Positions 1 to 7,373 of a stretch of 64,000 nt of DNA are shown here, in pieces (position 1 is the first letter of the stretch; each line of letters begins with the position of its first letter). The stretch is taken from positions 992,099 to 1,056,098 of the forward strand of contig CAWIXE010000002.1 in assembly GCA_963840035.1 (NCBI GenBank). Direction: 5' to 3'. A model generated the notes under the pieces. The model was not told where the DNA came from. It made no database searches and saw only the letters and a list, made by a program, of their open reading frames with translations. Made by a program: the position numbers and the translations under genes. The stretch comes from a candidate division FCPU426 bacterium (GTDB lineage: Bacteria > Oederibacteriota > PGYV01 > Palsa-1178).

Positions 1-808
1 CCTTATCAATGATTACATTGAAATCCGCAAGCAGCGTCTTTGGCTTTCCCACCGGCAGGTTAAGTTTGTCTTTTTCCTCGTTCTTTTTTGCAAGATATAT
101 GGCTTTTTTATCAGGATTCATCTCGAGGAGTTTTTCAGCCTCTATCTCTTCAGCGGTCATTTTAACAACAACCGTGTTTGACTCGTCATCCTCTTCTATC
201 TCAGGTTTCTTTTCCTTCTTTTCATCCCTGCTTAAGAGGGATATCTGCAGCGACACGCCCCATATGGACCTGGGCCCGTTTTCTTCTTCGCCCGCCGTAA
301 ATACAAGGAAGTTACCTTTTTTATTCCAGACCGGCGGGTCTATGTATTGCGGAAGTTTAAGTTCAGCCGTTGCGGAATTACCTTCAGGGTCGGTAAGCGT
401 CCTGAGTTTTTCTCCAAGATTATATTCTATTTTTTCCTGCTGGCTTTTTGACACAGGCAGGTTCAGATTATACGACTGCCCTGTTATTTCCGCGTTCTCA
501 TCCGGCGGCAATGTTGTCATTCCGATGGAAAGAGCGTTCATTATATTGACTGAGCCTGATTTTTTCTTTTTATCGAACATGTCAAAGGCAAATGACCATG
601 AATCCCCTGACCAGCTTAAGTTGGCGGGCTTGTACTTGTACGAAGGCGTAATCTTGCCGAAGGTCATGACATCAAGCGGTTTCTCGTAAAAAATAGTGGC
701 CGCGTACGCGAAGATGGCCAGAAAAAGAAGCACTATAGTTGAAATGGCTGTTATCCTGGTAGGATACCTGTCATCGTCTTTAAGCGGGTCCTTGGTAACA
801 GACATCAT
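1..808 (-). CDS. hypothetical membrane-anchored Lys/Glu-rich protein, 3' portion (runs off window start)
   Basis: Minus-strand frame is stop-free from ATG ATG at 808-803 to position 1 (hand translation ...MMSVTKDPLKDDDRYPTRITAISTIVLLFLAIFAYAATIFYEKPLD...DFNVIIDK); plus ORF 9..689 is its S/F-rich antisense shadow. May be continuous with 780..1469 through a frameshift. Confidence 0.4.
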   Translation of the reverse strand, partial: MMSVTKDPLKDDDRYPTRITAISTIVLLFLAIFAYAATIFYEKPLDVMTFGKITPSYKYKPANLSWSGDSWSFAFDMFDKKKKSGSVNIMNALSIGMTTLPPDENAEITGQSYNLNLPVSKSQQEKIEYNLGEKLRTLTDPEGNSATAELKLPQYIDPPVWNKKGNFLVFTAGEEENGPRSIWGVSLQISLLSRDEKKEKKPEIEEDDESNTVVVKMTAEEIEAEKLLEMNPDKKAIYLAKKNEEKDKLNLPVGKPKTLLADFNVIIDK

Positions 809-1469
809 CACAAGTATGATGGCCGCCAATGCAAGAACAAAACTTGGGATAACAAAGTAGAAAATGAAACGCAGCTGCTGCCAGGAATATGAGCACCGCG
901 CCGATGAACATATAAATGTCGGCAAGTATCTTTTCCTTGTTTTTCCTGACGTAAATCACAAAATCAATGGTAAAGAGCACAACAAAAACGCCCAAAGCGC
1001 CCAACAAAATGTACTTGTTTATGGTCATAGAGAACCTGTTAAAGAACTCCACGCCAAACACGCCTGCCAGCACCAGAAATACCGATGCCATGATGAATTT
1101 GGAAAGGAGTGATATGTTTTGCGGGTCTTTGCTGAATTTTTTCGCTATGCTTATATCGATGAAAACCGAGATTGCCAGCGCGAGCGCGCCCAATACCGCG
1201 GGAAGCGGTATGAATTCCTGGCCTTTGACGCCGAATACTATGCCGGCGAGTCCCGCTATCATAAGGATGAATTTAAAGACCGTAAAGAATATCCTGGTAT
1301 CGAGGACCGACTGCTTTAACGCCTCATCCAGGTTCTTCGGCTCAGGCTCCGCGGCCTCGGGCGCTGTTGCCTCGCCTTCCGCGGGCGCCGCCTTTTGCTC
1401 GGCCGCGTCAAGCGGGTTCGGGGTTATATCTTTTGGTCCTTTTTCATTCTCAGCCATGATTGCCTCCAA
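780..1469 (-). CDS. polytopic membrane protein with Ala/Pro/Glu-rich N-terminus
   Basis: 229-aa ORF with about 5 hydrophobic helices after a low-complexity N-terminus; the C-terminal 20 aa (CYPKFCSCIGGHHTCDDVCYQGPA) look out of frame. Confidence 0.45.
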   Translation of the reverse strand: MEAIMAENEKGPKDITPNPLDAAEQKAAPAEGEATAPEAAEPEPKNLDEALKQSVLDTRIFFTVFKFILMIAGLAGIVFGVKGQEFIPLPAVLGALALAISVFIDISIAKKFSKDPQNISLLSKFIMASVFLVLAGVFGVEFFNRFSMTINKYILLGALGVFVVLFTIDFVIYVRKNKEKILADIYMFIGAVLIFLAAAAFHFLLCYPKFCSCIGGHHTCDDVCYQGPA

Positions 1470-1553
1470 GTGTTGTTATATTAAATTAAGTGCTATGTGC
1501 CGTGTGGCGCGTGCTAAGTGGTACGTGGTACGCGGCTTGCGCCGGATACCATC

Positions 1554-2474
1554 TTAGTTCATTAAAAACTTCAGCGAATAACTGCCTGCGCTGCCTTTAA
1601 AATTAAATGAGGGGATTTTCGAATCAAGCCAGGCTTCAACACCTGTCTTTTTCCTCTCGGCGATAACAAAAGGCCTGCCTTTTATCCCGGCCATTTCAGC
1701 CGCGCCTTCTATGGCGTCGTCTATGGAACCTATCTCGTCTACAAGGCCGAGTTCTTTGGCTTCCCTGCCCGTAAAGACCCTGCCGTCAGCAATGTTCTTA
1801 AGCATATATTCTTTTATTAATGCCCTTCTTTTTTTCTCATTTTTCTCTTTTATTTTGAAAGCGGCCGCGAGTTTCTCGTCCCTGCCGATTATGACGTCAT
1901 CCACAAACTGGTTTAAAACATCCGTAATAAGCCTCTGCATTATGGCCCTGTCTTCCTCAGTCACAGGCCGTGAAAAAGAACCGGTATCCTTGTATTTTCC
2001 GCTCTTTATAGTGGTGAAATTAACGCCTACTTTTCCCATGAGTTTTTCAGCGTTCATGAAACTCATTATGACGCCGATTGAGCCGGTCAGCGTGCCCGGG
2101 TTTGCGTATATCTTATCAGCGGCTGAAGCCAGGTAATAAGCGCCTGAAGCGCCAAGCTCGCCCATGGATACTATTATTTTTTTGCCTGAAGCTTTCACCT
2201 TATTAATCTGCCTGTAAACTTCCTGAGAAGCCGCAACACCGCCGCCAGGGCTGTCCACGCGAAGGACAATGGCCTTTACAGAGGCGTTATCCTCATATGT
2301 TTTAAGGAGTTCAAGGATGTGGGTAGTGTCGATTATTTCACCGTAAATATTGATAAGAGCCACCTTTTTAACAAGAACCGGCGCGGAAGAAGCGCCCGCG
2401 TAATCAACAGCCTTGCCAATAACCAAAAGAACAAGAATAACCGCGCATATTATTAAAATAACACGTTTTTGCAC
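1554..2474 (-). CDS. sppA: signal peptide peptidase SppA (36K type)
   Basis: N-terminal membrane anchor, 'VLRVDSPGGGVAASQEVYRQI' and 'GELGASGAYYLASAADKIYANPGTLTGSIGV' SppA/ClpP-fold motifs. Confidence 0.9.
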   Translation of the reverse strand: MQKRVILIICAVILVLLVIGKAVDYAGASSAPVLVKKVALINIYGEIIDTTHILELLKTYEDNASVKAIVLRVDSPGGGVAASQEVYRQINKVKASGKKIIVSMGELGASGAYYLASAADKIYANPGTLTGSIGVIMSFMNAEKLMGKVGVNFTTIKSGKYKDTGSFSRPVTEEDRAIMQRLITDVLNQFVDDVIIGRDEKLAAAFKIKEKNEKKRRALIKEYMLKNIADGRVFTGREAKELGLVDEIGSIDDAIEGAAEMAGIKGRPFVIAERKKTGVEAWLDSKIPSFNFKGSAGSYSLKFLMN

Positions 2475-2622
2475 TATAAAACTCCTTATATTAAATGATA
2501 AATATAAAAATATGCTATATTTTAATAGTTTTTTGGGTTTAAGTCAAGAATAATAAAGAAAAAGCAATGGGCTATGAACTAAAGCTATGTGTACTGTTAA
2601 CATGTTCTATTTAAAGTCTATG

Positions 2623-2780
2623 TTTGTCATTGCGAGGAGGCGTTTTTGTAATTTGCCGACGAAGTCCTTCGACTTCGCTCAGGACCATGAGCCTGTCGAA
2701 TGGCAATCCCGCTGTTCCAGAAGGAGAAAACGCGATTGCTTCGTCGCCATAAGTCAACTACGGTTCCTCGCAATGACAAA
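2623..2780. repeat. ~158-bp palindromic MITE/REP-like intergenic element, copy 1
   Basis: Terminal inverted repeats 'tttgtcattgcgagga' / 'tcctcgcaatgacaaa'; internal core 'aagtccttcgacttcgctcaggaccatgagcctgtcgaatggcaatc' identical to copy at 18519..18668. Confidence 0.75.
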
Positions 2781-2869
2781 CTGTAAACATATTTTTTTAA
2801 TATTATAAGTATACGCCATGAATAAAAAATCATTGTATTAACTAATTGCTCATAGCTTATCGCTTAATA

Positions 2870-4726
2870 CTAAAAAGGAATTACCCCGCCCACCAGCAAC
2901 TGTATATTCCCCGCCGACATTGAATCCACTCCGTCAGGAAGCGGGCTGCTCATTATGGATGTGTAGCCAATGAGCCCGTCCAGCTGGATTTTTCCCATGG
3001 CATATCCCGCGCCAAGCGTTATTGTAAGGTCGTTTTGGTTGGGATTATCAGCGGTGCCCGGCGCCGGGCCGCTTACTCCTCCGGCTTTGGTTTTTTCAGA
3101 GGTTGTTGAAAAAGATAAACCGGCCCTTAACGCAAGCTCCCTGGAGAGCTTGTATTCACAACCGGCAGACGCTTTAATTGTGGATTTATCGTCAGTTGAC
3201 TCGCCTCCGGTGTACTTCGCCCCCTGTCCGTTATTTTCAAATTTAAATTCAACGGGTATGAGCAGTGATTCTGAAAGGTTCATCGTCGTGCCGGCTGCTA
3301 TGCCGAGATAGCCAAGCGATATTGTTGTGGGATCCGTATCGGTTGAACTGCTGAAATATTTATACCCCGCGCCTCCTAACTGCACGCCGAGGCCCAGCGT
3401 AAATATTCCGAACCTGTAACGTCCCTTAACTCCGAAGTTCATAAGGGATCCGTCCTTTGCCGGGCTGTATGCAGGCAAATCAGTCGTTGTTGACGCTCCG
3501 GTGCTTATTGTCGTTACAGTCCGTTTGGATGTTGACTTTCCGCCAATCCCGGCTGTCATGCCGAACCCCGCGAGCAATTCAAGATTATCCTTTTCATAAG
3601 CGCCGGCAAGCGATACATTAACTCCTGATGCGGCAATATCCGTGACTGTCGCCACATGAAATCCCATCATCTCATATGTGTCTGTAACTTTAATATTCCG
3701 CAGGTCTATATATGTCTGCGCGCTGTTTACCGAAGGCGCGCTGTATAATGTCATGGAAGCTCCCGGCCATGGCGCGAGCGAGCTTTTATCCGAAACCATC
3801 AATCCTGCCGTAACTTTTCCTGCCGACGCGGCTAATTCAGGGACATATGAGGCTGAAAGCCCCCACTCAATCTGGCTTGTCTCTGTTTTTGTGAGCGCGC
3901 CAAAAGCCAGGTCGCCAATTTCGTCAAACCATCCTCCGTTATAGCCGGCATATACGCCGGCTGAAAATCCGCGGAAGATCAGTCTTGAGTACTCAACCTG
4001 AGTCATAAGCACATTCGCAGGCGCCTTGACTTCCGTTGAGAATCCGCCGCCGGACATTTTTGTGGCAAGCCCTACGTTCATATAGAATAATTTCAGGTTA
4101 AGGACATCACTGTTTGTCAGCCAGTACGTGACAGCGCTATAATTCCTTACCGGATCGGCCGACAGCGGGAATCCGCCGCCGCCCAATTCAAATGTGGAGT
4201 CAATAGGGGGTGATGACACGGACTTTGACCAGGCGCTGAAATAACCTGTTATTGCAGAGGCCAGGTTCTTTCTCGGCCTTAAAACAAGGCCCGAAGCGAA
4301 TCCGGTACCGCCGTACATGTCAAAAGCCGACGACGCGTCGCGCAGTGTAAGCTCAGGGGCGCCCAGCGCAGCCATCCTGCTGTAACTGCCGTTGTAATAA
4401 TAAGCGCCGCCGCCTGCCGCGCCGCGGGGTTTTAAGGAATCAATGTATTTCTTAAGAGCCGGTGATTTTTTTATTTCATATGATTTTTCCAGGTATTGCG
4501 CCGCGCCTGCCCTGTCCTTCATGGCCAGCCTGCAGTACCCCATATACATAAAAGCCGCAGCGTTTTTGGGGTTTAAAGACGCAGCGCCTTCAAAAGCCGT
4601 AAAAGCGGCTGAATACTTCTTTTGGGCATATAGCTTCGAGCCATTTTCCATATAGGTTTTTTCAGAAATACCGAACAACGAAATCGAAAACATGAACAGA
4701 ATGATTATAATTGCGTTTTTTTTCAT
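2870..4726 (-). CDS. secreted TPR-containing protein with C-terminal beta-rich (outer-membrane-like) region
   Basis: Signal peptide (MKKNAIIIILFMFSISLFG), TPR-like N-terminal segment, Gly/Ser/Thr-rich alternating C-terminal region ending in aromatic residue. Confidence 0.5.
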   Translation of the reverse strand: MKKNAIIIILFMFSISLFGISEKTYMENGSKLYAQKKYSAAFTAFEGAASLNPKNAAAFMYMGYCRLAMKDRAGAAQYLEKSYEIKKSPALKKYIDSLKPRGAAGGGAYYYNGSYSRMAALGAPELTLRDASSAFDMYGGTGFASGLVLRPRKNLASAITGYFSAWSKSVSSPPIDSTFELGGGGFPLSADPVRNYSAVTYWLTNSDVLNLKLFYMNVGLATKMSGGGFSTEVKAPANVLMTQVEYSRLIFRGFSAGVYAGYNGGWFDEIGDLAFGALTKTETSQIEWGLSASYVPELAASAGKVTAGLMVSDKSSLAPWPGASMTLYSAPSVNSAQTYIDLRNIKVTDTYEMMGFHVATVTDIAASGVNVSLAGAYEKDNLELLAGFGMTAGIGGKSTSKRTVTTISTGASTTTDLPAYSPAKDGSLMNFGVKGRYRFGIFTLGLGVQLGGAGYKYFSSSTDTDPTTISLGYLGIAAGTTMNLSESLLIPVEFKFENNGQGAKYTGGESTDDKSTIKASAGCEYKLSRELALRAGLSFSTTSEKTKAGGVSGPAPGTADNPNQNDLTITLGAGYAMGKIQLDGLIGYTSIMSSPLPDGVDSMSAGNIQLLVGGVIPF

Positions 4727-4782
4727 ATAAACACCTCTCCCTTTTTTTATATATTAACATGAAAAACGGGGGGTGTAAAGAC

Positions 4783-4856
4783 CATTGACAATTGTTGATT
4801 GACGATTGACAATTAATTACTACAACAATCAAAAAAGCAATTGTCAATTGTCAATT
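4783..4856. promoter_or_regulatory. cluster of ATTGACAATT direct and inverted repeats (candidate operator/hairpin) between PilZ gene stop and TPR-protein gene start
   Basis: 'cattgacaattg', 'gattgacgattgacaatt' and inverted 'caattgtcaattgtcaatt' within 75 bp. Confidence 0.35.
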
Positions 4857-5264
4857 ACTTTCTGGATTTAACAAATAATTCCACACCGACTCAAACTGGT
4901 TCTTGAAATATGCCTCCATGTAACGCCTTTCTTCTTCAGTCATTGCCGCGAATTCGAGGCCTATGCTGTACTGCATGCTTTCTTCGCCAAGGAATATGTG
5001 CCCGTTCCACACTACCTCGCAAACCGCGTGTATTTCCTTTCCGTCAAGGATAAAATCCACCCTTAATATGTCGCCGGGCTGGAACTTGTCATAGGTAAGG
5101 ATGCCTATGCCGCCTTCCGAGATATCATGGCCTTTGGCTTTTACAAACTGTTCATGTTCGACCGCTTCAGCGCCCATCCTTAAGATTTTGTATTTAACAT
5201 CCCTGTTCATCGGAAGCCTTTGCGCCTTTCTTCTCTCTTTTAACATAAGGTCCATAGAATCCAC
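4851..5264 (-). CDS. PilZ domain protein (c-di-GMP receptor-like)
   Basis: 'RRKAQR' (RxxxR) and 'DISEGGIGI' (DxSxxG) PilZ signature motifs. Confidence 0.7.
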   Translation of the reverse strand: MDSMDLMLKERRKAQRLPMNRDVKYKILRMGAEAVEHEQFVKAKGHDISEGGIGILTYDKFQPGDILRVDFILDGKEIHAVCEVVWNGHIFLGEESMQYSIGLEFAAMTEEERRYMEAYFKNQFESVWNYLLNPESN

Positions 5265-5271
5265 CTCCCTG

Positions 5272-7197
5272 CTATTTTAGGATTACCATCTTTTTTGTTA
5301 TCGTTTTACCCTGCGCCGATACCTTTATCAGGTACACGCCGCTTGCGGCTTTCATTCCGCGCTCATTGTCAAGGTTCCATACAACTTCGTTAATCCCCGG
5401 CCGGGTGGCCGCGGCTGTAAGGGTTTTAGCCCAGACCGGCTTATTATTGATATCGGTAATCAACATACCCGCCTCACAGCTTTCCTTTAGGGGGAACCTT
5501 ATCGTTGTAAAATCCCGGCACGGGTTTGGATAGTTATAAGTCTCTGCCGGGTCAAGGGTCTCATAACGAGATTCAACAACTATTGGCGCCGGATTTTTAT
5601 CCGCAAGGACAAAAACCCTAGCGCATTTCTTGCGGGTGTCAATGGCATACTCAACGCCGCATTTCCCGCAGTAAATAATGACACCTTCCGGGAAACCCCT
5701 GGTTAAGAACAACCTGAATAAATTGTCGGCAATTACGCCAAAGTTGGACTTATTGCATCCTTTTTCAGCCATATTGAATTCGCATGATTTTATGGCATGG
5801 CCCTTTGACGGCAGTTCTATATAAATCTTTTCAAGCTTTGTAAAATGGTCATGGGACATCCTGAACCTGAAAACATGCATGCATTTAACTGCTGTCGTTG
5901 CCGGAGTTATTTCGGTTGTGGGCACTTGTGTAGGCATCACGGTTGCCGTCTCTTTAATTATTACAACCACTGTCGCTGTTTCAGTTGGTGTTTGTGTAAA
6001 TGTTTCTGTATCAACAGGCGTTTCAGTAAACGTTTCAGTATTGGTTGGCGTTTCAGTAAACGTTTCAGTATTGGTTGGCGTTTCAGTAAACGTTTCAGTA
6101 TTGGTTGGCGTTTCAGTGAAGATTTCAGTATTGGTTTGTGTTTCAGTGAAAGTCTCAGTATCAGCAGGAGTCTCCGTGAACGTCTCCGTGGCTGTAAATG
6201 TTTCCACAGGCAGCTGCGTCGGTTCTTCAATACGCAGTTCAAAAACAGCTACGCCTTCAGGATAGTTAAACTGCCCCGGCAACGGGCCCTTTACAGCCCC
6301 GAAACTCTTTTCAAACAGTCCATCGGAATTAAATTTCTGTACCCTGTTATTGCCGGCGTCAGCCACATATACATAACCCTCTGAATCCACTGATATGCCG
6401 TATATGTCGCCAAACTGCCCCGCAGCCGCGCCTTTGCTTCCCCATTTTAATTCAAACGCGCCCTCGCGCGAGAACCTCTGCACCCTGTAATTATTCGCGT
6501 CAGCCACATATACCCTGCCGCTGCTGTCGATTGCGGCGGCGCGCGGGTAATTGAACTTGCCTTCCGCCGACCCTATTCCGCCGATTATCTGAAGCGCGTT
6601 GCCGAACGCGTCAAGTTTTTTAACCCTGTTATTTAAAGTATCACATACATATATCAGTCCTGTAACGGTGTCAACTGCCACACCCTGGGGGTTATTGTAG
6701 TCCATGATACCGCTGCCGGCCTTTGTTGAGCCAAAAGTCATAGCCCATGTACCGTCAGCGTTTAAGACCTGTATTCTGTTGTTTCCGGTGTCAGCCACTA
6801 CCACGCGTTCAAGCCCGTCAGTGACTATAACTGCAATGCTGTTCGGGCTGGAAAAACCGCCATTAAGCTTGCTGCTTGCCGGCCCGCCCCAGGTCCCGCG
6901 CCAGTTTCCTGAAGTGTCAAATACCTGCAGCCTGTTATTACCCGTATCAGCTACATATATAAGGCCGCTTGCCATTCCTGCCGCAATGGAACCCGGATAA
7001 CTAAACTGGCTTACCCCGCTGCCTTTTGAGCCCCATGACATAATAACATTGCCGTCAAAATCCATTGATTGGATCCTGTAATTTGAGGTATCAGAGATGA
7101 ATATCGAGCGGATTGTCTGGGCTTGTGTATTATTTGCCAGGAGTAAAAGTACTGTAAGGCTGGTCAGCGTTTGTAGGAGTGATTTTTCTGTTTTCAT
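5272..7197 (-). CDS. secreted NHL-repeat protein with Thr-rich tandem-repeat linker and T9SS-type (Por/FlgD-Ig-like) C-terminal domain
   Basis: Start set at MKTEKS (RBS AAGGAGGTG upstream); repeated 'YVADTGNNRLQVF'-type NHL blades; 'TNTETFTETP' repeats; C-terminus 'NYPNPCRDFTTIRF...GVYLIKV...KKMVILK'. Confidence 0.7.
   Translation of the reverse strand: MKTEKSLLQTLTSLTVLLLLANNTQAQTIRSIFISDTSNYRIQSMDFDGNVIMSWGSKGSGVSQFSYPGSIAAGMASGLIYVADTGNNRLQVFDTSGNWRGTWGGPASSKLNGGFSSPNSIAVIVTDGLERVVVADTGNNRIQVLNADGTWAMTFGSTKAGSGIMDYNNPQGVAVDTVTGLIYVCDTLNNRVKKLDAFGNALQIIGGIGSAEGKFNYPRAAAIDSSGRVYVADANNYRVQRFSREGAFELKWGSKGAAAGQFGDIYGISVDSEGYVYVADAGNNRVQKFNSDGLFEKSFGAVKGPLPGQFNYPEGVAVFELRIEEPTQLPVETFTATETFTETPADTETFTETQTNTEIFTETPTNTETFTETPTNTETFTETPTNTETFTETPVDTETFTQTPTETATVVVIIKETATVMPTQVPTTEITPATTAVKCMHVFRFRMSHDHFTKLEKIYIELPSKGHAIKSCEFNMAEKGCNKSNFGVIADNLFRLFLTRGFPEGVIIYCGKCGVEYAIDTRKKCARVFVLADKNPAPIVVESRYETLDPAETYNYPNPCRDFTTIRFPLKESCEAGMLITDINNKPVWAKTLTAAATRPGINEVVWNLDNERGMKAASGVYLIKVSAQGKTITKKMVILK
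6021..6140. repeat. 30-bp in-frame tandem repeat, 3 perfect + 1 degenerate copies, inside NHL-protein gene
   Basis: Unit 'tttcagtaaacgtttcagtattggttggcg' at 6021, 6051, 6081; degenerate copies flank. Confidence 0.85.
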
Positions 7198-7373
7198 GTC
7201 GCTCACCTCCTTCGCAGTTCCCCTCTCATTTGTAATATAGCTCACAAATGATTTTTTGTCAAGTATTATGTTAAGTATATTGTTAGTATTTAACTAAAGT
7301 GCACGAAAACGCCACTAAAATATGGTGAATTTTTGAAATATCGAATATTGTGTTTTTTGATTTTTTGCGTTTT

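Noticed and set aside
9-689. 226-aa plus-strand ORF rich in Ser/Phe
   Set aside because: Low-complexity antisense shadow of the Lys/Glu-rich minus-strand gene occupying the same interval; no RBS.
2623-2780. Integron attC site or tRNA-like element as an explanation for the palindromic repeat
   Set aside because: Termini do not match the attC R''/R' core (RYYYAAC / GTTRRRY), no integrase is nearby, and no tRNA cloverleaf could be drawn; retained as an unclassified MITE/REP-like repeat.
6021-6140. Possible CRISPR array (regular direct repeats)
   Set aside because: Repeats are contiguous with no spacers, in-frame inside a CDS, and no cas genes are nearby; the same applies to 8881..9100 and 38813..38857.
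5845-6384. Plus-strand ORFs with 'RFSKRFSIGW' or 'VSVNVSVLVG' repeats
   Set aside because: Alternative-frame and antisense translations of the 30-bp tandem repeat inside the NHL-protein gene.
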